From positions 130,611 to 194,610 of the forward strand of contig JAWAFI010000001.1 of the NCBI GenBank assembly GCA_038890615.1: 64,000 nt of DNA. The letters run 5' to 3'. The stretch comes from Candidatus Anstonellales archaeon (GTDB lineage Archaea; Micrarchaeota; Micrarchaeia; Anstonellales; J096). The notes under the pieces were generated by a model. It was not told where the DNA came from. It worked only from the letters and a program-made list of their open reading frames with translations, and did not search any database. Positions 28,090-38,997 of the stretch are shown piece after piece (within the stretch, counting starts at the first letter, position 1; the number at the start of each line of letters is the position of its first letter). The position numbers and the translations under genes are program-made.

Positions 28090-28553
28090 AGACCTCTTCC
28101 CTTCTTGCCTGCCCTAGTCAGACCCCTGTCAGCCCTTCCTTTCTCCTTCATCCCTTTCTTTAGTATTACCTCAAAGTATTTTGATAGCCCGTCTTCGCCA
28201 ACCCAGTATGAGCCTACCACTTCATAACCAAGGTGCCTCAGCTTCTTCCATGCCCTCACTTCTGCCATTGCCTGCCTTGATTTTCCAGGGGATAAGAACC
28301 TTACATTCTTTGCTGGCTTTCTCCCTCCTCTTGGCGAAGGCCTGTGCCTCCTTCCTCTCCTTACCCTTACCCTCACCACTGCAAACTCAGGCTTTGCCCT
28401 GTAGCCCCTTGCCCTTGCAGAAGCAATGTTGGTGGGCTTATCCACTACTACTATTGAGCCCTCTGAATTCCATTTCCTTATCCTCGCCCTGTACTCCTCG
28501 CTCCTTTCCTTGTACTGCATCTGGAATGTTTTTGATATGGCCCTGTATGGCAA
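28086..28553 (-). CDS. rpl15e: 50S ribosomal protein eL15
   Basis: KPTNIASARARGYRAK, VVRVRVRRG, GRKP, SYWVGEDGLSKYFEVIL, RGLTRAGKKGRGL; TTG start. Confidence 0.95.
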   Translation of the reverse strand: MPYRAISKTFQMQYKERSEEYRARIRKWNSEGSIVVVDKPTNIASARARGYRAKPEFAVVRVRVRRGRRHRPSPRGGRKPAKNVRFLSPGKSRQAMAEVRAWKKLRHLGYEVVGSYWVGEDGLSKYFEVILKKGMKEKGRADRGLTRAGKKGRGL

Positions 28554-28616
28554 TTAAAACACCTCATGATATCAGCTTCAAAAAGCTTTTTAATACTTGC
28601 TGCATAAGGGTTTTTG

Positions 28617-28955
28617 ATGGAAGATACTAAGTCAAGCATACTTAGGGTTATAAAGGAAATTAAAGAAGCAGAGGAGGAGGCCAAAATAATAAGGCAAAAT
28701 GGTGAAAAGGAAGTGGAAAGCATAAAGGAGCATTACAAAAAAGAGGTATTGGCTGTTAAGGAAAGAGGAAAGGAAAGGGGTGAGCAGGAAAGGGCTAAGA
28801 TAATGGCTGATAAGAAAAAAGAGATCCAACTTACTATTGATAGGATGAGGAAGGAAGGGGAAAGGGAGGCAAAGGAGATAAATACCAAAAGCCTTACTGA
28901 ACCTCAGAAGAAAAGGATTTACGAGGAATTTGTTTCGCTTATTGATAGGGTGTAG
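28617..28955 (+). CDS. atpH: A/V-type ATP synthase subunit H (G-like peripheral stalk)
   Basis: IKEIKEAEEEAKII coiled coil; first gene of the ATPase operon. Confidence 0.75.
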   Translation: MEDTKSSILRVIKEIKEAEEEAKIIRQNGEKEVESIKEHYKKEVLAVKERGKERGEQERAKIMADKKKEIQLTIDRMRKEGEREAKEINTKSLTEPQKKRIYEEFVSLIDRV

Positions 28956-28960
28956 CTCTA

Positions 28961-30769
28961 ATGTTGAGGCCTGTGCACATAGAAAAGCTAGTGGCAGTGG
29001 GAAGCCAGAAGGTGCAGAAGAGGTTCATTAGGGAGATCCATAACTTAGGGATTGTAGAGATAAAGATAGCAAGCATAGAAGGGGTTGAGAGAGAGGGAAT
29101 TGGGAAAAATTTTGACAAGCTCAGCAACCTGCTTGGGAAGCTTAGGGCAGTGGTAGGGGCTCTTGGAGGAAGGACAAGGATGGAGTACATTGAGAATTGG
29201 AAGGAAGAAGCAAAGGCGTTTGAGGAGAGCAAGCTCTATGAAACAATTGGGTCTCTTGAAAGAGAAATAAAGCAAAGCAAAGAGAGGATTGCTGATATAG
29301 AGAGAGAAGAAGCCCTGCTGCACCCATTTGAAGGGGTTGATTTTGGGGATCTTGAATGCGAATCAATAAAGGTTTTTGCAGGAAGAATAAAGAAAGGGAA
29401 GGATTCAAAAAAGGCAATAGAGAAATGGTTCTATAAGATATGGAAGACAGAAAGGGGGGAATGGATATATTTCCTTGGAATAGCAAAAGAAGGGGTTGAG
29501 GGGGATATAGAAAAAGCGGACGCAGAATTTATTGATTTTAAAGTTGGCAATGTTGATGCAGAGCTAAAGGAGCTTGAGTTTGAAAAAGGCCTTCTCCAAA
29601 GGAAGATAGAGGAAGCAGGCAAAAAGAAAGAAGAAATAGCAAAAGAATGGCTGGAAAGGCTGCAGAAGCTCAAAGGCACTTTGAAGATACTTATTGAGAG
29701 GGAAAAGGTTTTGGGAAATTTGGGCAAAGTGGAAGGGGCTTTCGTACTTGAGGGCTGGATAAGGGAAAAGGATATAAGGAGGCTTGATGACTTGATAGAG
29801 AGGGAGTTCAAGGGAAGGATATATTTTGAAACTTATGAAGATGATAAAGCTCCAACAGAGCTTTCAAACCCAAAATTCGTGAGGAACTTCGAGTTTTTGG
29901 TGGAATTCTTCTCATTGCCAAAGTCATGGGAAATAGACCCTACCTTGCTTCTCTTCTTCACATTCCCTGTGCTTTATGGCATGATGGTTGGCGATGTTGG
30001 CTATGGGGTAATATCGCTAATTTTTGCATGGATAATAAAGGACAAGGTGAAGCCACTTGAAAGGATGGGGAAGGTGTGGATCATCTCATCAGTATATGCA
30101 ATAATCTTTGGGGTAATATTTGATGAATGGATGGGGGTGCCAAACTCAGAGATATTCAGGATTCTAAGGGAGTTTGGGATTGACCTTGGCATAACTAGCA
30201 TTTACACAGGGTTCAGCAGGCTGCACAATGTCAACGAGCTCATAATGATTTCAGCAGGCATAGGTTTTGTTTATATAGTGCTTGGCTTCATACTTGGCGC
30301 AATAAATGAGTGGGGCCACAGCAAGAAGCACTCTTTAGGAAAGGTAGGGTGGGTTGTGTTTATGCTTTCTGTGCCTGCTTACTTGGCTACCCAGAATGCC
30401 ATCCTTGCAGGAGGGATGGCAGGGGCAGGGCTGTTGATGATTATTTTTGGGGAGGGCATTGGAGGGCTTTTTGAAATAGGCACAGTGCTAGGCAATGTGC
30501 TTTCATATGCAAGGATTGCTGCAGTAGGGGTGTCAGGGGTTGTGCTGGCAGAGATAATAAACGAGGCATTTATGCCAAGGCCAGAAATGGGCTGGCTTGC
30601 AATAATGGTGTTCCCCTTGCTTATGGTTTTCCATTTCCTTAATGCAGGCCTGGCAATGTTTGAGTCAACAATCCAAGGCGGAAGGCTCAACCTTGTAGAG
30701 TTCTACTCCAAGTTTTTCAAAGGAGGGGGGAGGGTGTTCAAGCCCTTCTTCGTAGAAAAAATAAGGTGA
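28961..30769 (+). CDS. atpI: A/V-type ATP synthase subunit I (a)
   Basis: LEGWI, PTELSNP, EIDPT, YGMMVGDVGYG, LSYARIAA, RLNLVEFYSKF. Confidence 0.95.
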   Translation: MLRPVHIEKLVAVGSQKVQKRFIREIHNLGIVEIKIASIEGVEREGIGKNFDKLSNLLGKLRAVVGALGGRTRMEYIENWKEEAKAFEESKLYETIGSLEREIKQSKERIADIEREEALLHPFEGVDFGDLECESIKVFAGRIKKGKDSKKAIEKWFYKIWKTERGEWIYFLGIAKEGVEGDIEKADAEFIDFKVGNVDAELKELEFEKGLLQRKIEEAGKKKEEIAKEWLERLQKLKGTLKILIEREKVLGNLGKVEGAFVLEGWIREKDIRRLDDLIEREFKGRIYFETYEDDKAPTELSNPKFVRNFEFLVEFFSLPKSWEIDPTLLLFFTFPVLYGMMVGDVGYGVISLIFAWIIKDKVKPLERMGKVWIISSVYAIIFGVIFDEWMGVPNSEIFRILREFGIDLGITSIYTGFSRLHNVNELIMISAGIGFVYIVLGFILGAINEWGHSKKHSLGKVGWVVFMLSVPAYLATQNAILAGGMAGAGLLMIIFGEGIGGLFEIGTVLGNVLSYARIAAVGVSGVVLAEIINEAFMPRPEMGWLAIMVFPLLMVFHFLNAGLAMFESTIQGGRLNLVEFYSKFFKGGGRVFKPFFVEKIR

Positions 30770-30773
30770 ATAT

Positions 30774-31061
30774 ATGGTGTTGGTAGAAACAGTTGGTGCC
30801 ATTGCATTGGCATCTGGTATAGCGATAGCATGCGGAGCAATAGCGACTGCATATGCACAGGCAAGCATAGGTTCTGCAGCAATGGGGGTAATAGCAGAGA
30901 AGCCAGAGTCAAGCGGAATGCTTCTCATTTACCTTGCATTGCCAGAGACAATACTTATTCTATCCTTCATAGTTGCATTCCTTCTAACAAGCGAGATGAA
31001 GAACGCCATGGCAGCAGCAGGGGCAGGGGAGGCTGCACACGCAGCAGAAGCAGCATCTTAG
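30774..31061 (+). CDS. atpK: A/V-type ATP synthase subunit K (c), single hairpin
   Basis: AYAQASIGSAAMGVIAEKPE...LALPET. Confidence 0.93.
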   Translation: MVLVETVGAIALASGIAIACGAIATAYAQASIGSAAMGVIAEKPESSGMLLIYLALPETILILSFIVAFLLTSEMKNAMAAAGAGEAAHAAEAAS

Positions 31062-31068
31062 AATTCCT

Positions 31069-31614
31069 ATGGAGATTGAAACATTAAAGACATCCCTTAT
31101 AGCTGAAGCAAGGAGAGATTCAAGCAAGCTAATAGAGAAAGCAAAGGCAGAGGGTGAAAAGGAGGTTCAGCAGGCAGAGAAAGAAGTAAAGGAGCTTATA
31201 GAGAAATGCAAGGAAGAAGCAAGGAAGGAAGCGCTTGAAATGGAGAAAGAAGAGATGGCAAGGGCTGCTGTTGAAAAGAAGAACAGGATAGCAGAGGAAA
31301 AGGCAAGGGTTGTTGATAGAGAGCTAGCAAAGATATATGAAATGGTTGAGAAGAGGATTGAGGAAGAGGAGGAATACCTTGATTTTCTTGAAAATAGGAT
31401 AGAGAAGGCGAGAAAGGAATATGGAGATATAACAGTCACAGCAGGAAAGGGGCTTAAGGGAAAGATTAAGGCTGACAAATGGTCAGATGAGCAAGGGGTT
31501 ATAGTGCATGCAAGGAAAGGGAGCATAGTGCTGGACTATAGGGTGAAGTCCATATTTGAGCAGCTGAAGCCACGCCTAAAAGGCATTATATACTCGGAGC
31601 TTTTCAAGCAATGA
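31069..31614 (+). CDS. atpE: A/V-type ATP synthase subunit E
   Basis: N-terminal coiled coil, GVIV...GSIVLDY, ELF C-terminus; operon position. Confidence 0.85.
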   Translation: MEIETLKTSLIAEARRDSSKLIEKAKAEGEKEVQQAEKEVKELIEKCKEEARKEALEMEKEEMARAAVEKKNRIAEEKARVVDRELAKIYEMVEKRIEEEEEYLDFLENRIEKARKEYGDITVTAGKGLKGKIKADKWSDEQGVIVHARKGSIVLDYRVKSIFEQLKPRLKGIIYSELFKQ

Positions 31615-32660
31615 TAGAGGTCCTTAAGACACCTGAGTATGCATACGCCTATACTAGGACTAGGGCAATGAAGAGCATGATGCTGACCAGCAGGGATTAT
31701 GAGGACCTTCTTTCTGTAAAAACAGTGGAAGGGATGCTTGAGCTCCTTAGGAAAGGCCCTTACAGGCCCTACTTCAGCCAGGAGTTGCTTTTCCTGCCTG
31801 CGCCAGTAGCCATAGAGGGGGCGCTGACAAAAGCATTCTCAAGCTCGCTTGCAAAGATGGAGCGAATTGTGCCTGCAGATGGAAAGGAAACAGTAAGGGC
31901 CCTTGTTAGAAAATGGAAGGTAATAAACTTAGAGATACTGCTTTCGCACAGGATAGCAGGGGATCCATGGGAAGTTGTTGAAGGAAGCATGATAGAAGGG
32001 CCAAAGCAGCTTGAGGATTACAGGGCGTTCTACAACAGCACAGAGCCACTAAAAGATGCAAGAAGGATACCGCTTATAAAGGAGATATTCAACAAAAGCA
32101 GCGAAATATTCGTTGCCTCAGTTTTCAAAAAAACATTCATTGAGCTCTTCAAGAAGCACGACGTGCTCCAGCAGATAAGGGTGCTTCTTGATGCCTATTA
32201 TTATTACTTGTTAGACAAGGAAATAACCTCATCAGACCCTTCTGCTGCAAAACTTATTGCACTCATAAAGGAAGAAATAGACATAAAGAATGTTATTACC
32301 ATCCTTAGGCTCAAGCACAAGAAGAGGCCTGAGTCTGAAATAAATAATTATATAGTTGAAGGAGGCAACATGGGCAAGCATGTGAAGCGGCTTTTCAGCT
32401 ACGACACAACCAAGCTAAGCGCTTATGTTGAATCAAGATGGGGGGTGAAAGGTAGCTTAGATGAAATTGAAATAGAGATTGAAAAGAAGATGGCGCTCAA
32501 GAGGCTAAAGAGCTTCTACAGGGAAGGGGTTTCGCTTGGGTCCATAATAGGCTTCATGTTTTTAAAGGAAGAAGAGATGAAGAATGTAAGGAAAATTGTT
32601 AGGGGGAAGGAGCTTGGGATGGGAAGGGAGGAGATTGAGAAAAGCCTGGTGATGATATGA
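31611..32660 (+). CDS. atpC: A/V-type ATP synthase subunit C
   Basis: YAYAYTRTRAMKS, EIDIKNV, KEEEMKNVRKIVRGK. Confidence 0.9.
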   Translation: MIEVLKTPEYAYAYTRTRAMKSMMLTSRDYEDLLSVKTVEGMLELLRKGPYRPYFSQELLFLPAPVAIEGALTKAFSSSLAKMERIVPADGKETVRALVRKWKVINLEILLSHRIAGDPWEVVEGSMIEGPKQLEDYRAFYNSTEPLKDARRIPLIKEIFNKSSEIFVASVFKKTFIELFKKHDVLQQIRVLLDAYYYYLLDKEITSSDPSAAKLIALIKEEIDIKNVITILRLKHKKRPESEINNYIVEGGNMGKHVKRLFSYDTTKLSAYVESRWGVKGSLDEIEIEIEKKMALKRLKSFYREGVSLGSIIGFMFLKEEEMKNVRKIVRGKELGMGREEIEKSLVMI

Positions 32661-32965
32661 TAACGGTAATAGGGCAGGATTACATAGTCACTGGCCTTAT
32701 ATTAGGAGGGGCAGATGAAGGCATAGCTGTATCAAGCCAAAAAGAGTTTGAAAAAGAGGTTGAGAAGGCTCTCCAAAGGGATGACATAGAGGTGCTGATA
32801 ATAAGTGAGGACATGCTTGAGAACGCTGATTGGCAGCTCAAGGCAAGGTTGGAAAGGATTGCAAGGCCTGTTATTGTGGCTATTCCTACGCTCAGTTCGC
32901 CTGAAGAAAGCAGCAGGCTGAAGGAGCTCATAAGAAAAACATTAGGATTTGATGTGGTGAAATAA
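32657..32965 (+). CDS. atpF: A/V-type ATP synthase subunit F
   Basis: [22 protein letters not shown]. Confidence 0.9.
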   Translation: MITVIGQDYIVTGLILGGADEGIAVSSQKEFEKEVEKALQRDDIEVLIISEDMLENADWQLKARLERIARPVIVAIPTLSSPEESSRLKELIRKTLGFDVVK

Positions 32966-34680
32966 TGGGACACATACATAGGATATCTGGCCCTGTGATT
33001 GTTGCAAGGGGCCTGGATGCAAAAATGTACGATTTGCTTAGGGTTGGCGAAGAGGAGCTTATGGGGGAAGTAATAAAGATTGTTGGCGAGAATATAATAG
33101 CGCAGGTATATGAGGAAACTTCTGGGCTCAGACCGGGTGAGCCTGTAAGTAGCACTGGAAAGCCTCTTTCAGTTGAACTTGGTCCAGGAGTGCTTAAGAG
33201 CATATTTGATGGAATACAAAGGCCCCTTTCAGGCATAGCGGCAAAGGAAGGGCTTTTCATCAAAAGAGGGGTAAAGGTTGATTCCATTGATAGAGACAAG
33301 AAATGGGACTTTGAGGCAAAAGCCAAGAAAGGGCAGGAAGTTGAAAGAGGAGATGTGCTAGGGACAGTAAAGGAAACAGAGGTTATTGAGCATAAGATTC
33401 TAGCTCCAACTGACGGCAAGGTTATTGAGATTCATGAAGGCAAGAAATCAGCAGAGGACATTGTGGCAGTAATAGAAGAGTATGGGAAAAGGCAAGAAGT
33501 GAAACTAATAAGCACATGGCCAGTAAGGATACCTAGGCCATACAAGAGGAAGCTTGCCCCAGAAGTGCCTCTCATTACAGGCCAGAGAGTAGTTGACATG
33601 TTTTTCCCGCTTGCAAAAGGCGGGGCTGCAGCTATCCCAGGCCCTTTTGGCTCAGGAAAAACAGTGACACAGCAGGCGCTTGCAAAGTGGAGCGACACAG
33701 ACCTTGTAGTATATATAGGATGTGGGGAAAGAGGCAATGAAATGACAGAGGTGCTTAAGGAGTTCCCGCACCTTGAGGACCCAAAGACAGGAAAGCCTCT
33801 CATGGAGAGGACAGTGCTCATAGCAAATACAAGCAACATGCCTGTAGCAGCAAGGGAAGCAAGCGTTTACACTGGGATTACGATAGCAGAATACTATAGG
33901 GATATGGGATACGATATAGCGCTCATGGCTGATTCTACCTCAAGGTGGGCAGAAGCAATGAGAGAGATTTCAGGAAGGCTTGAGGAGATGCCTGGGGAGG
34001 AGGGATATCCAGCATATTTGGCAAGGAAGCTGGCAGAATTCTACGAAAGGGCAGGAAGAGTAATAACTCTAGGCAAGGGCGAGAGGTATGGGAGCGTAAC
34101 TGTGATCGGAGCTGTTTCGCCCCCAGGAGGGGACATAAGCGAGCCTGTTTCGCAGAACACGCTTAGAGTAACAAAAGTTTTCCTTGCCTTGGACGCATCC
34201 CTTGCCCATAGGAGGCATTTCCCTGCAATCCACTGGCTAAAGAGCTACTCGCTTTATACCCAGACGCTTAAGGATTGGTATGAAGAAAAGTATGAAGGGT
34301 GGGATGCTATGAGGGAGGTTGCTATGGGCATACTACAAAAAGAGGCAGAGCTCCAGGAAATAGTCCAGCTTGTAGGGCCTGATGCATTGCCTGAAAAGGA
34401 GCAGGGGCTCCTGCTCATTGCAAAATCAATAAGGGAGGACTTCCTCCAGCAGAGCGCCTACTCAGAAGACGCCTATTGCTCCCCGCAGAAGCAATACTAT
34501 ATGTTAAAGGCAATACTGACGCTTAGGGATGCTGTAAACAAGGCAATTGAAAGAGGAAAAAGGGTAAAGGAGATAGCAGAAAGCGAGATAATGGAGAAGA
34601 TAGCAAGAATGAAAGAAATGAAAAACGATGATGAGGATGGATTTAAACAACTTATTTCAAGGATAAAGGCAGGTGTATGA
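32965..34680 (+). CDS. atpA: A/V-type ATP synthase subunit A
   Basis: [38 protein letters not shown]; no intein. Confidence 0.98.
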   Translation: MGHIHRISGPVIVARGLDAKMYDLLRVGEEELMGEVIKIVGENIIAQVYEETSGLRPGEPVSSTGKPLSVELGPGVLKSIFDGIQRPLSGIAAKEGLFIKRGVKVDSIDRDKKWDFEAKAKKGQEVERGDVLGTVKETEVIEHKILAPTDGKVIEIHEGKKSAEDIVAVIEEYGKRQEVKLISTWPVRIPRPYKRKLAPEVPLITGQRVVDMFFPLAKGGAAAIPGPFGSGKTVTQQALAKWSDTDLVVYIGCGERGNEMTEVLKEFPHLEDPKTGKPLMERTVLIANTSNMPVAAREASVYTGITIAEYYRDMGYDIALMADSTSRWAEAMREISGRLEEMPGEEGYPAYLARKLAEFYERAGRVITLGKGERYGSVTVIGAVSPPGGDISEPVSQNTLRVTKVFLALDASLAHRRHFPAIHWLKSYSLYTQTLKDWYEEKYEGWDAMREVAMGILQKEAELQEIVQLVGPDALPEKEQGLLLIAKSIREDFLQQSAYSEDAYCSPQKQYYMLKAILTLRDAVNKAIERGKRVKEIAESEIMEKIARMKEMKNDDEDGFKQLISRIKAGV

Positions 34681-36044
34681 TTATGAAGGAGTACAAACTA
34701 ATTGAGCAGATTGCTGGTCCCCTTGTTTTCGTAAGCGGGGTTAGCGGAGTTGCTTACAATGAACTGGCAGAAGTAGTATTAGAGAGCGGGGAGAAAGTCA
34801 AAGGCCAGGTCCTTGATGTAAGCGAAGGGGTTGCTGTTGTGCAGGTATTCGGCTCTACAGCAGGGATAAGCACAAAGAGCAGCGTCCGCTTCCTAGGGGA
34901 AACGATGAAAGTGAACGTAAGCGAGGATATGCTTGGCAGGGTTTTCAATGGGCTTGGTGAGCCAAGAGACACAGGCCCAGAAGTATTTGCAGAAGAGAGG
35001 CTTGACATAAATGGCGCAGCAATAAACCCATACTCAAGGATGGAACCAAGGGACTTTATCCAAACAGGGATAAGCACAATAGACGGAATGAACACGTTAG
35101 TCAGGGGGCAGAAGCTTCCTATATTCTCTGCAGCAGGCCTTCCACACAACAAGCTCGCAGCACAGATAGCAAGGCAGGCTACAGTCAAGGGTGAGGAGTT
35201 TGCGGTTGTATTCGCTGCAATAGGCATTACGAATGAAGAAGCGCTTTTCTTCATGCAGGACTTTGAGAAGACAGGGGCGCTGGAGAACGCTGTGCTTTTC
35301 CTGAATTTGGCAGACGACCCATCAATAGAGAGGATCATAACCCCAAGGATTGCGCTCACTACTGCCGAATACCTTGCCTTTGAGAAGGACATGCACGTGC
35401 TTGTAATCCTCTCTGACATGACAAACTACTGCGAATCGCTGAGGGAGATAGCAGCAGCAAGGCAGGAGGTTCCAGGGAGGAGGGGCTACCCGGGCTACAT
35501 GTACACTGACTTGGCAAGCATTTATGAAAGGGCAGGGAGGGTTGAGGGAAAGAAAGGGACACTTACTCAGTTCCCTATACTAACCATGCCTGGGGATGAC
35601 ATAACACATCCAATACCAGACCTAACAGGTTATATTACAGAAGGCCAGATTGTGCTGAGCAGGGAGCTCCACAGAAAAGGCATATACCCGCCTGTTGACC
35701 CACTTCCATCACTCTCAAGGCTTATGAACTTAGGGATAGGCAAGGAGAGGACAAGGGAAGACCATAGGGGGGTTGCAGACCAGCTCTATGCTTCCTATGC
35801 AAACGGCAGGGACTTAAGGAGCCTTAGCGCAGTTGTAGGCGAAGAGGCGCTTACAGAAATAGACAGGAAGTATTTGAGGTTTGCTGATGAGTTTGAAAAG
35901 AAATTCATAGCTCAAGGGCCTTATGAGAACAGGAGCATTGAAGAAACGCTTTCAATAGGATGGGATTTATTAGCAGAGCTGCCTGAAAAGGAGCTAAAGA
36001 GGATAAAGACAGAGTACATAAAGAAGTACCTGAAAAAGAAATGA
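34677..36044 (+). CDS. atpB: A/V-type ATP synthase subunit B
   Basis: [41 protein letters not shown]. Confidence 0.98.
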   Translation: MIMKEYKLIEQIAGPLVFVSGVSGVAYNELAEVVLESGEKVKGQVLDVSEGVAVVQVFGSTAGISTKSSVRFLGETMKVNVSEDMLGRVFNGLGEPRDTGPEVFAEERLDINGAAINPYSRMEPRDFIQTGISTIDGMNTLVRGQKLPIFSAAGLPHNKLAAQIARQATVKGEEFAVVFAAIGITNEEALFFMQDFEKTGALENAVLFLNLADDPSIERIITPRIALTTAEYLAFEKDMHVLVILSDMTNYCESLREIAAARQEVPGRRGYPGYMYTDLASIYERAGRVEGKKGTLTQFPILTMPGDDITHPIPDLTGYITEGQIVLSRELHRKGIYPPVDPLPSLSRLMNLGIGKERTREDHRGVADQLYASYANGRDLRSLSAVVGEEALTEIDRKYLRFADEFEKKFIAQGPYENRSIEETLSIGWDLLAELPEKELKRIKTEYIKKYLKKK

Positions 36045-36409
36045 TGACTTACAGCAAAGGGGCGAGGGTTGAGCGCGAGTTCATGGAAAAGCTCAATTCT
36101 TATGGATTCCTTACTGTCAGGGTTGCAGGCAGCGGTAAGCATGGGCCTGATGTGCTTGCCTTCAAGGGGCACAGGGCTTATGCATTTGAAATCAAAGCAG
36201 TAGACAGTGATTACTTATGGATAAGGCAGGAACAGCTTGACGCAATAAAAGATTGGAATGAGAAGGCAGGGATAGAGTTTTTCATTGCGTGGAAGAAAGA
36301 GAAGAAATTCTACTTAATAAGGCCTGAGGAGCTAGAGGGCAAGAGCGGGATCCCTTTCAGCAGGGCAAAGCTGATAGGCAGGGACTTCTACTACTTGGTA
36401 AGGGAGTAG
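36041..36409 (+). CDS. hjc: Holliday junction resolvase Hjc
   Basis: [28 protein letters not shown]. Confidence 0.92.
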   Translation: MMTYSKGARVEREFMEKLNSYGFLTVRVAGSGKHGPDVLAFKGHRAYAFEIKAVDSDYLWIRQEQLDAIKDWNEKAGIEFFIAWKKEKKFYLIRPEELEGKSGIPFSRAKLIGRDFYYLVRE

Positions 36410-37388
36410 AAAATGGGACAGAGCGGGAAAGGGGCCTTTTTTCCTTTTTTTGCTTTGATTGAATAGGATTAGGGGGATTGCTCTCCTTTCCCTTTGCTTC
36501 CTTCTTTTCCTTTTTTTGCTCCTGCTTGGCAGGCTCTTCTTTCAGGTTAGAAGGCCCCTTGTCTTTCCACTTCCCCTTTTCCTTTCCGAATACATCAAAG
36601 AACATCAGCACCCAAGGGTTGGATGCTATGTAAGCATAAAAATTCTTTTCTGGCTCCTTTAATTCGTTCTTCTGCTCTCCATCATACCTTACCAGGTAGC
36701 GCCCAAGCTTAAGCATGCCTTCCTTACCTTCCTGCATATATGAATTATGGGTTGTGAATGAAACCTCCATCTCTTGGTAGATTGGCTCAATGAAGGAGCT
36801 TGTGAATGCAGTGAAGGAAGAGGTATGCAAGGAGGAGATTGAGCAAGATACACAGGGCTCTTTTGAGAATGCCCTTGGGGCATATGAATCAATTTCCTTG
36901 TCCCATTCGCCGTTGAAGCCTCCTTTCTCAACTAAGAATGAGATGGGGCTGTCAACGAATATCTCAGAGGCGCCAAAGAAGTATTCCTTGCCGTTGAATG
37001 AGGAAACCGGCAGAGCCCAGCCAGAGTCGCTCTTGAAAAAGAACTGTATGCCTCCTTTTGAGTGCTTGGGCTGAATGCTTGAGCGGCTCACCCGCGCAAG
37101 CTGGGGATCTTGCTCCTTCTTCACATCTCCAATGTAGTCGCCTATGGAGGAAGAGTATATTGAAACAGAATAGCCATTCTGCACAAGTATGGAAACTATT
37201 GCATCCTGCATGGATGAGCCCTTTTGCACTGCACCCTCAAGCTCAACTTGGGATGAGCCTTCTTTGTATAGGAGGCGAAGCAGAATCTGGCCTTTGGGTG
37301 AAAGCCTTTCCTCACTGACCCCATGCATTCGGCTAAATGGAGTTGGTGCTTTAGGTGGTTTCTGGCCAAATTCTTTCAAAGAAGGCAT
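36357..37388 (-). CDS. Hypothetical protein; N-terminal part weakly reminiscent of DUF4430-like beta-grasp domains
   Basis: 343-aa ORF; GSSMQDAI...SSSIGDYI...NG...GAS pattern; K-rich tail. Confidence 0.55.
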   Translation of the reverse strand: MPSLKEFGQKPPKAPTPFSRMHGVSEERLSPKGQILLRLLYKEGSSQVELEGAVQKGSSMQDAIVSILVQNGYSVSIYSSSIGDYIGDVKKEQDPQLARVSRSSIQPKHSKGGIQFFFKSDSGWALPVSSFNGKEYFFGASEIFVDSPISFLVEKGGFNGEWDKEIDSYAPRAFSKEPCVSCSISSLHTSSFTAFTSSFIEPIYQEMEVSFTTHNSYMQEGKEGMLKLGRYLVRYDGEQKNELKEPEKNFYAYIASNPWVLMFFDVFGKEKGKWKDKGPSNLKEEPAKQEQKKEKKEAKGKESNPPNPIQSKQKKEKRPLSRSVPFSTPLPSSRSPCLSALPC

Positions 37389-37435
37389 TGCTTATGCTTA
37401 GCGAACTGCTTTAATAACTTTTCTGTAAGGAAGGA

Positions 37436-38401
37436 TTAGACACATCTTACCTTCTCAACCCTGTAATTCTGCTCTGCAGCTATGCCCTTTAATGGGGTCG
37501 GGCCATGCTTCTTGAAGTGGAGGTATGAGAGGAGGGCTATCATAGCACCGTTGTCCCTGTTGAACTCATCAGGGGCAAAGCCGAATTTGAAGCCATCTTC
37601 TTTGCACATGGATGAAAGCATGCTGCGAAGCCTTTTGCTTTGGGCAACCCCACCGCAAACAACAAGCCCTTTGCGCTTTGTAAGGTAGAGAGCTCTCTCA
37701 GAAGCCTCGCAGAGCATTGCATAAGCCGTTTCCATGACTGAATAGGCAATGTCCTGCGCCTTCTCCCTCCCTATAAGCCGTTGGGCATATGTTAGCATGC
37801 CTGAAAAAGCAACATTCATGCCCTTTACATTGTAAGGCATTTCTATGTAAGAGCCCCCTTCAGCCAAAGAGGAAAGCGCTGAGCCATGGGAATGAAGGCC
37901 AAGGGAGCGTGCCAGTGAATCAAAGAGGTTGCCAACGCCTATGTCAAGGGTTTCTCCATGCACAACAACCTTGCCATTCTTCTCTGTGAGTATTTGGGTG
38001 TTGCCACCGCTCACATACAAAAAAACAGGGTTTTTGACTTTGCTCATCAATTCACCAACCTTCATATGCGCATATGCATGGTTGACCCCTACTATGGGTT
38101 TTTTGAAGTAGGATGAAAGGTAGCGGGCAAGCATTACCCCTATCTTAAGCGTGGTGCCTATTCCAGGGCCTGTTGCAACCCCAAACAGGTCAATGTCTTT
38201 TAGCGAAAGGCCTGCATCCTTAAGTGCTGAGTAAAGCACTTCCTTTGCTTTGGAGGCGTGGTGGTCTGCCATCTCAGTGGGCACATAGCCCTTGCCTTTA
38301 GGGGGGGTAAAGGTTGAAAAGGCGTTTGAAACAACTTTCGTATTCTCAGCAATGCCAATCCCGAAAGTATGCGCAGTGCTCTCTATGCCAAGGGTTATCA
38401 T
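37436..38401 (-). CDS. kae1: tRNA N6-threonylcarbamoyladenosine synthase Kae1
   Basis: LGIESTAHTFG, GPG, VNHAYAH, YVSGGNTQ, GETLDIGVGN, GGVA, DNGAMIA; start re-placed at ATG 38401. Confidence 0.96.
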   Translation of the reverse strand: MITLGIESTAHTFGIGIAENTKVVSNAFSTFTPPKGKGYVPTEMADHHASKAKEVLYSALKDAGLSLKDIDLFGVATGPGIGTTLKIGVMLARYLSSYFKKPIVGVNHAYAHMKVGELMSKVKNPVFLYVSGGNTQILTEKNGKVVVHGETLDIGVGNLFDSLARSLGLHSHGSALSSLAEGGSYIEMPYNVKGMNVAFSGMLTYAQRLIGREKAQDIAYSVMETAYAMLCEASERALYLTKRKGLVVCGGVAQSKRLRSMLSSMCKEDGFKFGFAPDEFNRDNGAMIALLSYLHFKKHGPTPLKGIAAEQNYRVEKVRCV

Positions 38402-38997
38402 GGAAACAGCACCCTTATTGCTATAACAGAGGAGAGGTTGTAAAGCATATGGGCCACTATGCATGGGGCAATCCCCTTCCTTTCTGCAAGAATACCTAGC
38501 ACAAGAGCAAGCGTGAAAGCCCCAGATAGCTCAACAATGCTCCCATAAGAGATATGGAAAAAGGTAAATAGTATTGAGGAGAGGATAAGGCCGATCTTCT
38601 CAAGCATTAGCCGCCTGAAGAATATCTCCTCTGTTATGGGGGCTATGAAAACTGCAATGAGGAGGATTGCTATTGGCATCTCTTGTATGAAACGGGAAAC
38701 AGCGCCTGAATCATCAAATCCTATTAGCCTCAGGAAAAAGAAGCCAATGAAATAGATGCACAGCATAAGGAAAAGAGAACCAATACCATAAAGAACCGCT
38801 TCGGTTGGGGTTGACTTCAACAAGCTTAGGTTTCCTAGGAGCTTTTTGAAGTCTGCATCATAGTAAGCATAGAGTGCTGAAAGCAAAAAAGCAGAGTGGA
38901 GGGAAATGACGTTAAGAAGAAGGTTTTTGAAAAAAAGCGCTGATGCACCAAAAAAGACAAGCGAGATGACCAAAAGGGCAAGGATAAAGCCCTTCAT
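38398..38997 (-). CDS. CPBP family intramembrane metalloprotease (CAAX/Abi)
   Basis: APITEEIFFR, FTFFH, AHMLYN. Confidence 0.92.
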   Translation of the reverse strand: MKGFILALLVISLVFFGASALFFKNLLLNVISLHSAFLLSALYAYYDADFKKLLGNLSLLKSTPTEAVLYGIGSLFLMLCIYFIGFFFLRLIGFDDSGAVSRFIQEMPIAILLIAVFIAPITEEIFFRRLMLEKIGLILSSILFTFFHISYGSIVELSGAFTLALVLGILAERKGIAPCIVAHMLYNLSSVIAIRVLFP

